Part shown: one piece after another, positions 52,539 through 64,000 of the stretch
Numbering within the stretch: the first letter of the stretch is position 1
Layout: the number at the start of each line of letters is the position of its first letter
Source: Lama glama
Taxonomy: Eukaryota
Direction: 5' to 3'
DNA: 64,000 nucleotides
Assembly (NCBI GenBank): GCA_028534125.1
Contig: CM052816.1
Location: 53,694,001-53,758,000 of the forward strand
Program-made: the position numbers and the translations under genes
Notes under the pieces: generated by a model
What the model was told of the DNA's origin: nothing
The model's database searches: none
The model's input: the letters and a program-made list of their open reading frames with translations, nothing else

Positions 52539-54169
52539 CTGTATTCTTACTCTTAAGCAGACTAAACATCCTTCTCAGTATACCTTGTTTACCTTACTTA
52601 TTTAACTAACTTTTCTATTTCTGGACAAGGTGAAAATAAAATTCATTCCATCATACATTTTAAATGTTAATTAAGAATGATTATTTTAAAACTGTTCTAG
52701 GTTATCTAAGATATAAAGTCTGAGTCCTCACTTAGTTAATGTCTTTGATTATCTGGGCTGTTATCTCTAAGAGAGCACAAATCTTCCTCTATCTGATCTG
52801 CCCAAGTGGCTCCTGAAATTATAGCTCTTTGTATCAAAATAACATAAAAAAGTGAATCTGAGTTTTCTGTAAAAAATAATATGAGATTGAAATCCATGCC
52901 AAAAAGCTCAGTCTCACCACTAAATTCCTTGAACATATTACCTGTAGTTATTTTACATTTAAATTCTTTAAATTCCATTTTAAATTCTTGTCTGATATCC
53001 TGATTTTTCAGCTTGTTTGTTTTTATTGTCTGTGTTTTTACTTAATATTCACATCATTGTCTTTTTTCTTATATGCATATTTAAAAGTTTCCATTGAAGT
53101 AGAAATAGATAATGTACATGAGTCAGAAGCAAATGGCTTCATGAATTTTCACAAACTGAATAAATCTAGTAACAAGTACTCAGATAAAGAAACAGAAATT
53201 ATAAGTATACTTCAGAAGCCCCCCCCTTGACACCTTTCACCTAATAGCCTGCTTTCCTTCCCAAATGAAAACAATATCCTGACCCTTAATGACGCTGCCT
53301 TTTCTTCCCTCTTTTTCTCTCTGCCTTCATTCCTTTATGAAAAATTGTTGAACTTGTTTAAAGTTTTGAATGATAGATTTTGGTTTGGTTGTAGAATATT
53401 GCTAGTTAAGGGTATCAACAACCTGAGTTCATGCAATCATCTTAGGTGTAGATTGAGACGATTTAAAGGTGGACTTCAATTTTATCATCTTTACTTCCTA
53501 GGGTATAGATTCTCAGGATTTTAAACCAAAGACTAAGCAGAGTTAGTAGAAATTTTGCTTTTTGGTGGACCCTGACCTCCAGTTTTTGTTTCTGTATTTT
53601 TGTGAATCTGCTGAAAGCTCTTTAGTCCTCATGGTTTTTTTGTTATGTAGTAACGCGTGCTTTGGGGGGGAAAGCAATTCCAAATGTCAGATTTCCAAGT
53701 TTACTACTTCTTCTAGGTCTTGCCTGCCTAGTTCATCACTGTTCTTTTGGCTTTTCATTGCCTTACTCTAAGGGTTATTCCAAATTGCCTATTGCTAGAA
53801 GCAGATCTCTATAATCCTGTGTTACCTGTTTTTAAAAAGTAATCTTTCAGATCTTATTTTTAATGACATTTTTGTCACTGGAGTTTGTGACTTCTTTGAA
53901 GCATCTATAACTAACATTGATTAAAGTTGTTTCAGTGTAAAGAGTTCCCCAAACAGTACATTATAGTTCACAATGAAGCAGTTGTACAAAAGCCTCATGA
54001 TACAGTTGTAAATTCTCAGAGTTGAGGCAGTTTCTTTTCTGCGGGATGATTTCAGGGGGAAGCTTTTCTTCATATTTGGCATCTAGGAATATTTAGTTCA
54101 GTTGAAGTAATAGTTTCTATTACATGGTTTCTAGAAAGAAAAAAATTTAATAATAAAAGCAGTGGTAAT

Positions 54170-54360
54170 AGCGACTATTTGGGTGGTTAATATGCACTAG
54201 CCACTAAGTACTTATGTAACCTTCACTAAACTAATCAATCTTTATAAACACTTTCCTGTCAAAGATACTGCTTTTATTCCCTTTCACAGATGAGAAATTA
54301 AGACAAGGAGAGGTCAAGTAATTTAACGCGGTCATAGAGACAGCTCTGATTTTGAACTAC
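54170..54360 (-). mobile_element. MIR SINE
   Basis: attccctttcacagatgagaaattaagacaaggagaggtcaagtaatttaacgcggtcatag. Confidence 0.7.
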
Positions 54361-55874
54361 TGTGACTTAGTACACCCATGCTGGTTGTATGCGTCTAGCT
54401 TCCGTTCTCTTAGGGCTAATGTCTGTTTTCATGGGTTGAAAACCTGAGAAAACAGCTAGCAGCGACACAGAATCACTGTAAAGTGATACAAAATTATCGG
54501 AGACTGGCTCCCATCCCATGTGGAAGCCTTATCTTGTTCATTTCATTAACCTTGTAAAAACTGCAGCCCTTTATCAATTAAATTTTTTTCCTTTTAGTTC
54601 AAACTTAAGAGAATTATGTTGTTGGTACATACGTACTGTTAGTCATTAGCAGAGCCAGATCTAAAAAGCTATGTCATGATGTTCTCATAGCAGTAGAGTC
54701 AAATTGAAATGTCCTAAGTGTAAAAGAAAGTTTCTTTTGGGGGAATATACTTTGAAATAATAGTTGATACTGGTAACTATTTTAGGTATGTTCTTCATGT
54801 TTGTTATCCAGTAGTCCTGTTGTTAAAACTTTGTACTATTTCAGAGAATCTCATTTTAGTAAATTATACTAATTTACTTAATCTTAAATGTTAAGAAAGA
54901 ATTAATTTACAGATTTCTAATAAAACATATGAAGTATTAATTTGTATAAATTTTACTTAATAGCTTTATAAGATCTCTGTATTTGGGAAAGATACTAATG
55001 AAAGAAAAAAAAACACCCTTGCATTCTTTTTACTGAAATTACTATCATAATCCTAAATACTTGTACAGTAAAGTAAGCAATACAAATATCATTAAAATAA
55101 TATAATTGAACTTTAATAAAGTATTAATAATGGGGAACTGGAATGAATAAATACTCATTAGAAGCAGCTTTATGTGCATTTGAGATTTTGTCTGCTAGTT
55201 ATAGTGCTTTGTTAATACAGCAATTTCATCATATATCAATTTTAGGTAGATTTTGAACATTTGATTAATATTCATTAAAGATTGTAGGTGAGTGCTTATG
55301 CTTAGAGAATGAGACTATTTGTGTATCATTTTATTGGTTTATTAATGCACATAATAGAACCAGTTTGGTCTGAAGCTCCATAAAGGAGAAGGCACTCAAG
55401 TCTGATCTTGATATAAAAGTGTATCTCAATTCTAGTTTTTTTTTTTTTTTTTTTTTTTTAGCAACAAGAGACAAGTAATTTGTTTTGAATTGTGTATTCA
55501 AAGAAGATGATAATGGTATAATTCCTAGTTTACGTTTAAAGATAGGTATTACTTTAAAAATACCTTTTGTTTTTAGAGTATAAATTTGGTGAGTTTCTTC
55601 TGTTTAGAGAATTTCTTAAGATTTTTTTATTATGGATTTAAAAAGCAATGAGATAATATGCTTACTTCCAAGAAACCTAAAGGTCATATTTTTGATGAAA
55701 AGTGTCTTCAGTTATATTTAAGTAAAGTTTGTGTGTTAACTATAAGCATTTAGCAAGGAAAACATAATTCATTAAATGACATTAAAAACAATATAGGTAA
55801 TTTCTTTTATTATTCTCTTATAACAGTAAATATATGCAAATTGCTTTTAAGTGATTTACTGATTTTCTTTTCCT

Positions 55875-56815
55875 TAATTTTAATTAAACTTTCTGTTTTA
55901 AGGTACCTGTAGTTTCACATGCAGTTCTCAGAAATAATAGAGAGAGATCCTGTGTAACCTTTATTCATTTTCCTCCAATGGTGACATCTTGCAAAACTAT
56001 AGAAAGGTATTACAATCAGGATACTGACGTTGATACAGTCAAGATTCAGAACACTTCCATCACAAGTATTCTTCATGTTACCATTTTATAGTTAAACCCC
56101 TTTCTGTCCCTATGCTTAACCCTACACCCTCTTAACCCCTGGCAACCTCTAATTGGTTTTCCAGCTCTATAATTTTGTCATTTTAAAAATGCTGTATAAA
56201 TGGGATCATACATTATGTAACCTTTTAGGATTAATTTTTCTCACTCAGGTTCAGGATCCTTCTCAGATTATCAGAGTTGTGTGTATCAATAGTTTGTTTC
56301 TTTTTATTTCTGAGTGGTATTCCATGGCATAGATGTTTAACCATTTGTTTAACCAGTTTTTTAACCACTCATTCATTGAAGGACATCTGTGTTGTTTTCA
56401 TTTTGGCTAATAGGGATAAAGCTGCTGTGAGTATTTTGTGTACAGATCTTTGTAAGAGAATTAATTTCCATTTCCCAGCAATAAACGCCCAGGAGTGCAA
56501 TCACTGGTTTGTATGGTAATTACAGGTTTAGTTCTGTAAGAGATTGCCAACCTGCCAGAGTGACTGTAACCTTTTACATTCACCACTGGTGAATGTATTA
56601 GTGATCCATTCCCTCGACATCCTTACTACCATTTGGTGTTGTCACTATTTTTAAATTTAATTTTGGATGAGAGCCATTCTGATATGCATACCATAACAAA
56701 ACCACCTTGCTGTGGTTGTAATTTGCATTTCTCTGTTAGCTAATGAAGTTGATTATCTTTCCATGTGCTTTGTTTACCATTTGTGTATCTCCTTCAGTAA
56801 TTGTTTGTTGATGAC
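55875..56815 (-). mobile_element. L1MC-like 3' end, antisense (resumes at ~58051 and ~58715-58940)
   Basis: ttcacatgcagttctcagaaataatagagagagatcctgtgta, ggtgacatcttgcaaaactatag, ccctggcaacctctaatt. Confidence 0.8.
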
Positions 56816-58050
56816 TGTATTAGTTTGCTAGGGCTGCCCTGACAAAATACCACCTTCTGGGTGGCTTGATCAACCAGACATTTATTTCTCAGCATTCTGG
56901 AGTCTGCAACTCCAAGGTAAAGGGTGTTGGTAGGTTTTGTTTCTCCCGAGGCCTCTCTCCTTGACTTACAGATGGCTGCCTTCTGTCTGCCCCCTCACAG
57001 TGAGCTGCCCTGTGGAATCCCAGAAGTCTGACAGCCTTTTTTTTGTTGTTTTATTTTGTCCCATCTCTCTTTAGGTGAAGCTGGCAGCATCTCTGCTGGT
57101 GTAATCCCAGCCTTATTCCTGGCTTCAGCTGGGATGTCTGATTAAACCCACAAGTGGCACCCATGATCTCGTTGTCAGATGTTTTGCCAGCGACACCCTT
57201 GGTGTTGTCTTCTGAAGACACTTTCTTGATTTTTTTTCAATATGAGTAGACTGAGCATTTTCCAAATCTTCAAGTTCTGGTTCCCTTTTGCTTAAATTCC
57301 TTCAGTTTATCTAACTTTCTCATTTCACTGAAAGCAGCAAGGAGACACCATACTGCTCCTTCAACACTTTGCTTAGAAGTCTCCTCAGCTAAATATTTAA
57401 GGTCATCACATTTAACTCCTGCTTTCCACAAAACACTAGAACATAGTTCAGCCAAGTTCTTGCTGCTTTGTAACAAGGATTGCCTTTCCTCCAATTTACA
57501 AAGACATGTTCTTCATTTCCATCTGATGTCTTATTGTCACCTTTAAGTCCCTATTCTTACCAACGGTCTCTTCAAGGCAGTCTGTTTTTTTTTAATGTGC
57601 TCCTCAAAACTGTTCTGACTTCTACCAGTTATCCAGTTTCAAAGCCACTTCCACATTTTTAGGTATTTGTTACATCAGCCCCCTACTTCTTGTTATTAAA
57701 ATTCTTACTAGTTTTCTGGGGCTGCTGTAACAAAATACCACAGACTGACTTAAATAAACAGAAATTTATTTCTCATAGTTCTTCCAGGACGCTGAAAGTC
57801 CAGGATTAAGGTGTCAGCAGGTCTGGTTTCTCCTGAGGCACTCTGCATGGCTTGCAGATGGCTGCTTTCTTGCTGTGTCTTCATATGGCCTCTCCCTCTT
57901 CTTCTGAGGATACCAGTCCTGTTGGATTGGGTTCCATCCAAATGGTCTCATTTAACCTTAATTACCTCTTTAAAGGCCCTATTTTGGCATCTAGTCACAT
58001 TGAGGCTTTAACATGTAAATTTTGGGGGACACACAATTCAGTCTGTAACA
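56816..58050 (-). mobile_element. Internally deleted MaLR (MLT1-type) provirus: partial LTR, internal segment, complete LTR
   Basis: Two similar LTR ends (tgtattagtttgctagggctgcc at 56816, tactagttttctggggctgctgtaacaaaataccac at ~57706). The internal ORF 57270..57494(-) NLAELCSSVLWK...YLAEETSKQSVEG resembles the MaLR gag-like ORF. Confidence 0.85.
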
Positions 58051-58084
58051 GTTTCTTTTGCCCTTTTTTTGTTGATGTTGTTGT

Positions 58085-58700
58085 TGTTACAAAATAGATA
58101 TATTCAGGTATAATTTACCTCTCATAGAATTCACTTATTTTAAAATAACTATACAGTTTGATGAGTTTAGTAAATTTACACAGTTGCACAACCATCACTC
58201 CAATCCAGTTTTAGAACGTTTCCATCACCCCAAAAGTCTCCTGGTGCCCATTCAACACCAGCCTCCACTCCCACCCTTGGCTACAGGCAACCATTGAGCT
58301 ACTTTCTGTTTCTCGAGATTTGCCCTCTTTAGAAATACCATAGAAATGGGATTATATAATATTTACTCTTATATGCTTGGTTTCTTCAATTTAGTTTATT
58401 TTTTGAGATTTATTCGTATTGTTGCAAGTAACAGTAGTTTGTTCCTTTTAAATGGCCAAATAGGATTTTATTTGAAGGCTATACCATATTTTGTTTATCC
58501 ATTCATCTGTTGATGGACAGTTGGGTTATTTCCACATTTTAGCTGTAGTGAATAATGCTGCTGTGAACATGGGTGTACAAATATCTCTCCGGGTCTCTGC
58601 TTTCACTTCTTCTGAGTGTATACTGAGAAGCGGCCATTACTCGATTACATGGTAATTCTGTTTCATTTTTTGAGGACTTACCATGCTGGTTTTTTTTATA
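58085..58700 (-). mobile_element. L1MB-like 3' end, antisense
   Basis: acagttgcacaaccatcactccaatccagttttagaacgtttccatcaccccaaaa, atccattcatctgttgatggacagttgggtt. Confidence 0.85.
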
Positions 58701-59459
58701 GCAGCTGTACTATTTTGCTGCTGAATTTTGGAAGCGGTCTTTATATTCTAGACACTAGCCCCTTGTTTCATATGTAGTTGCATGTATTTTCTGCCAGTCT
58801 GTAATTTGTCTTTTTCTTCCTCTGAAGAGGATTTTTCATGGAACAAGAGTTTCTAATTTTGATGAAATCCAGTTTATCAGTGTTCTCTATAATAGGTTGT
58901 GTGTTTGGTCTCAAATCTGAAAACTCTGTGTCTAGCTAATAACTGTTTTTAAAAAGTGTTGTGCCATGTTGAAGGAAAAATTATTAGAGATCACAAATTA
59001 TAAATTACCTTTTGCTAGGGGGACTTTGCTAATTTATAGAAAGAAGGTTTCCTTTGAAGACTAAGGTTAAGTCATGAGCAAAAGAAACTATTGGGAGATG
59101 ATTCTTCATTGGTTTTTCTCATTTTTGCAGCTTGTGTTTGTAAAGGCATTGATAGGTTCTGGACTATCTTTTAAGGATGTTTGTATAGTGAGCAGCCTTG
59201 GAAAAGAGAGATACTCCTGGACGAGGTTATCTTACCTGGTAGCGTCATCACCTGCTTGGTCATCTGAGCTGGGAATGCGGCATCCTTATTGAGTGCCCCA
59301 ATCTCGTTCGTCACATTCAGTCACTGCATTCTATTCATTTCAGCTTCTAGGTAGTTCTTGAATCTGTCCTACATATTCATCCTTGTCACTGATTGTCTGG
59401 ATCCATTCCCTCATCCTCTCAAGTATCATTTCTGTCATGCTGCTTTCCAGATATTTTTC

Positions 59460-61135
59460 TTTTTCTTTCTTCAGTTTTCAGAAGTTTGACTTAAATGTCT
59501 TGTTATGGCTTCCTTTGGGTTTGTCCTGCTTAGGATTTACTCAGTTTATTCAATCTGTAGTTTTAGGTCTTTTGTCAAATTTAGGAATTTTTCAACTATT
59601 ATTTCTTGGAGTACTCTTTCAGCCCTACCCACTTTCTTTTCTCTTTCTGGATGGTAGGAAGTTTTAGCTGTTTTGTTATAGTTCACAGCTCTCTGAAGTT
59701 CTTTTTTTTTTTTCTTCTTTTTTCCCTTTATCTTTGTCCTCAGTCTACTTTTTCTCTTTTGTTAAGATTGAGTAATTTTTGTCATTCTGTGTTCTAATTC
59801 ATTGATGATTTTCTTGGTCCTCTCAATACTCCTTTTGAGCACATTTATTGTTTAATTTTGGTTGTTGTATCTTTAAGTTGTAACCTTTCTATTTGGTCTT
59901 TCTTTATATATTCTATTTCTTTGTTTAGATTTTGTAATTTTTTGCTAAGGCTTTCTATTTTTCATTTGTTTCAAAGATGTTCCTAGTTGCTCGTTGAAGC
60001 ATTTTCATGATGGCTGCTTTAAAATCTTCATCAGATAACTCTGATGTCCCCATCGTCCTGTGGTTGGCATCTGCTGGTTATCTTTCTTCATATAGTTTGG
60101 GATCTTCCTGGCTCTTGGAATGATGAGTTACATTTTTTTTGAAACCTGAACATTTCAGGTATTATGAGATTATGGATCTTATTCAAACCTTCAGTTTTAA
60201 CCAGGTTGGTTTGACACCATTCCAGCAGAGAAAAGTGGGGTGTGAGCCGCCTCATTACGCCAAGTTCCCTGCTCAGCCTCCATTGACACCTCAGGGAGAT
60301 TATGCTCATTGTTACTGTGGGTGAATTTGGGATCTCGAGCCCCACCATAACTCCCCTGATAGCTCTCTGGCTGGGAGGGATCGAAGTGCCTCATTACTGT
60401 TCCACATATGTCTTCCATTTACACCACAGACTGGTGTGTCCCTGTTCCACCAGCTGGTGGTGCTGCAAGTCCTGAGTGGAGTGTCCACTAAACATCCTCT
60501 TACACTGGCCCAGCGGGGAGGGATGAAGTTACCACGTTACTGACAGGTGGGCTTGGATCTCCAGGCTCTCCAGGCTCTCCACTTCATCTCCCCACCATGG
60601 AAGTGCCTCATTATCTCTCGATAGGGGTTTAAGTCTCAGTCCCATCTTGGCCTTTTCTGTCAACACCCCAGTGGGAAGGTTGGGGCTCTGATTACAGCCT
60701 GGTGAGGGTGGAAATCTCGGCTCTCCGTGTCAGCCTTTGCTGGTGGAGAGAGGGGTAAGATTGTGACTTCTCTAGTGTTGGCTGCACTAGAGCAGTTATT
60801 TTCTGAAAAAGTTTTCTGTCTTGCTAGACTTCACCTATCTTGGTCCTTTGGCTACAGAGAGCAGGCTTCTGGAGGGTTTGTTTTATCTATACTTGTTGGT
60901 GTTTCTGGGTTACCAGCTTCTCTTCCACCCAATCTTTGATATATGAGGTAAAAATGAAAATCCAAGAAGCTCACTGTTATGTATCTCTCTGGGGTCCTGA
61001 GGTCCCTATCCAGTCTTTCTTCTTTCTGCCTTTCCTTTCTTACATTTGTTTTGTATATAATGTCTTGAGTTTATAGTTTTTCTCAGTGAGAGAAATAGGG
61101 AATAAGTATATCCATTCCATCTTCCTAAAATTGGA
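59460..61135 (-). mobile_element. Old L1M ORF1/5' region fragment, antisense
   Basis: tcagttttcagaagtttgact, gttgctcgttgaagcattttcatgatggctgctttaaaatc, ending tccattccatcttcctaaaattggaa. Confidence 0.6.
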
Positions 61136-61852
61136 AAGTATGTTTCAGGTACTTGGTAACAGAAATTACCTATAAACAGTAGGATCCAAGTGGATTTTAT
61201 TGTCTTTATATGCTTTTTGTTTATTTTTAGGACTAAATGCCTATAGGCTGATTTTTACTGACAGAGATAATAAAGAATTCAAACAAAAAGTAGAAAACAA
61301 AAGCATAGAATCAACTCTCAGGGATATACATAAATCTCAAACTGCATCTTTCTTGACAACACAGGGACCTACTTAATTACGAGTTTTTACCCTGTCAAAG
61401 TTTATTAGGGATTTTTTTATCTGTTGCAGTTCAAACTGTTTTCTTCTTTCTTCTGACCCTGTGATCCAGTTACAGAGTGACTGATAATTTATGGAAACAG
61501 TTTTCAGGTTTTGGGTAGTCTCATTATAGGCTTTGTTATAATTTAATGGTCAAGTTTTCTCTTTGGGCAACTGTAGGTATTTCTGTGATAATTTAATATT
61601 TTCAGAGGTTTATTATGTAATACAAAAGTATTATCTATTGCACTAAAGGACAGTTACTGTGTTATAAAATATGAGAAGAAGCGAGGCCCTTCTTCCATAT
61701 AAGTAACATAATATTTTCAAATTGCCTCAACAGTAGTATTCTACAGTAAAATATTGTCATTGTTGTAGATTTTTTTAAAAAAGTGTTCTTTGTGTAATAT
61801 TTGGACTATGCACAGTCTGAACTAATCTTGGAATTGGTTTTCCTTCCTGTAG

Positions 61853-62008
61853 GATGATGTTCTAGAGGACAATGAAAAGAATTTCTATGATTCCGATGAG
61901 GAACAAAAGGAAAAGACTGACAAAAGGAAGAAGCCGTATACTATGGATCCAGACCATAGACTTTTAATCCGGAATACAAAGCCTTTGCTTCAGAGCAGGA
62001 ATGCAGCG
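61853..62008 (+). CDS. AP3B1: AP3B1 internal coding exon (exon 8 equivalent), 156 nt, phase 0/0
   Basis: ttcctgtag|GAT ... GCG|gtatgt. Translates to [52 protein letters not shown]. Confidence 0.96.
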
Positions 62009-64000
62009 GTATGTTAAAACCATTATAAGAAATAACTCACAATTTTTTTTAAACAATGCTTAAAAATATGTAAGTTCAGTAAACAAGTCTTTATTCTGGA
62101 GTGTGCTAATGCAGCATGTATTTATTTGTTTGTATTCTAAAAATCAGGTTTTGATAGGAGTACTTGGTTTGATAGCTGTATGCCTCCTGGACTTCATTTC
62201 TTTCTTTGTAGTTTTGTTAGTTGGATTCCTAGATATGAGCTCAAGATGTTTCCCAGTTCTTTGGAAGACTGTGTATTTCTCTATTATTGGATTGCAGTTG
62301 TGAGTACTTACTCTGCGTATCAATCCATAATATTTGTATTTACCTAATAAGAGTTTTGAAGAGACTAGCGTAGTACCTCATACATTTAACTGGTAGGAAT
62401 AATTAAAAATCATCCTAATTTGAATCTAAGTTTTTTGTTTGTTTGTTTTACATGTTTTAGTTATTTTTTATTCTCAGTAACCGTTTGTGTTTTAGAAGAA
62501 TGCACATGCACAGTAGAAAACTAGAAAATACAGACTAGCAAAACTAAATAAAATTAAAACATTATATTTCCATCACTCAGAAGTCATAGCTATAATATCT
62601 TAATGCAGTTTTTTCCAGATCTTTTTCTTCTGCATAAATATACATACTTCACATGTGTATATGTCTGTGTATGTATATTTTTTAAGTCAAGATAGGAATC
62701 ATACTACACAGAGTATTTTTTTAACCTTTTTTTTTTCCTGGTCAGTTCTCTATTTCTGTTTCAGTAAAATTTCATCTCATTTAATTCTACTCTTTGTTAA
62801 ATTCTTTTATAAGTGATTCATCTAAACCAGTTATGCTGCATCCCGTCTGGTTGGTGTATCTTTTAAACCTCTCAGGTCTTGCAGAATGTTTCTCTGGGTT
62901 TGTCTGGTTGCTTCCTTTTCTATATCCTGTGTTTCTTGTTAACTGGAAGTTTTATCTAAAGGCTTTGAAGATTCAAGTTAAATATTTTCCTTAACTTCTT
63001 TTAATTAAAAAATTCTTAATGAATTATTCTGTTTAATTAGTCAAAACTTTGAAATGTGAATTTCCCTTGAGCTCCTTTGTTTCCTGATCTTGAGAATTTA
63101 GTGGTTGGAGCTTTGTATATGTATCTTAGAAGTTAGTAGGAGTTTTTACCTTACACCTAGTAATTTAGTTTCTAAATCATGATTAAGTAACTATGCACAG
63201 TAATAACAAATGTTATTTTATTGTTGTGAAATATATATGTACTTTAGTGTGTTCTAGCTTGGCCTGATGGTACTTAAAGTAGCTGTAACTTGGCATCTAA
63301 AACTCTACTTTATAAGTAACTCATTATTAATTTAACTTTGTTTTGTAAATTGGTTTTATAGTCCAAATACTTACTGATTAAAACTGTTCCTGAATAGTGA
63401 AACAAAATAGAGATAGTTTGTACTTTTTTGTCCCAGTTATGTTTTGGTTCCCTGCTTATTTGATTGTGTACCGAGTAGAGGTAGTTTATTTTTTGTTGCA
63501 ATACATTTTGACATCCTGCTTTTTTGATGCCCCTAAATATACATGAAGCTGGCTTTTGAAGGCCTGTGAACAGATATTTTTGTTTTAGCCTTATTCTCAA
63601 CTTACACGAGAAACTGAGAATTTGTTTCAGGAAACTTAGCTTGTCAATGTCCTGTCAATTCACTTGGAGATAAGAGATACTGGAAAAACATTGGGAGGCT
63701 AGCAATCTAGACAAGGTGGTGGTGATATAAATGGGTAGGGATGGAAAAGTGCTTATAGGGCATACTCTATTATGAACATACATGTAACTGTTGAAGGCCT
63801 CTGCGGTTGCACATTTTTAGTTGTTTTGGATTTTGGAGTTATGGGAGCTTACCCTCTTGGCTTTTACAAATTCGACTGTAAGTTTCAAATTTAGCATATT
63901 AAAGAGACTTTACAGTCAGATTTGTATATATGGGAAAAAAAAGAAGATCATTTAGCCCTTCTGGGTTTGGGAGTGCCCTAATTAATACATTAGAATAGAT

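Noticed and set aside
1..64000. CRISPR array, operon or other prokaryote-like novel system
   Set aside because: The sequence is a spliced mammalian gene with mammalian repeats. There are no regularly spaced repeats and no long unexplained ORFs.

Overview
Mammalian genomic DNA, AT-rich and CpG-depleted, lying entirely inside one large plus-strand gene, AP3B1 (AP-3 adaptor complex subunit beta-1). Six consecutive internal coding exons are present (75, 96, 161, 67, 183 and 156 nt, matching human exons 3-8 as I recall them). All have GT-AG ends and they splice into one uninterrupted 246-codon frame. The rest is intron, dense in L1, L2, L3/CR1, MIR, LTR (MER21-like, MER77-like, MLT1/MaLR) and MER44/Tigger7 remnants, plus four copies of a tRNA-derived SINE resembling the camelid vic-1 family, which suggests a camel/llama/alpaca genome. 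Almost all listed ORFs are noise or TE remnants. The most unusual structure is in the intron after the 183-nt exon: a ~520-bp, ~95% identical inverted duplication (39863-40378 vs 43699-44226) of sequence I do not recognise as a repeat. Its downstream copy is fused to a 43-bp direct copy of a third nearby site, which looks like a complex templated insertion able to form a long pre-mRNA duplex. I found no evidence of a novel multi-gene system. Repeat family names and most TE boundaries are by-eye assignments.
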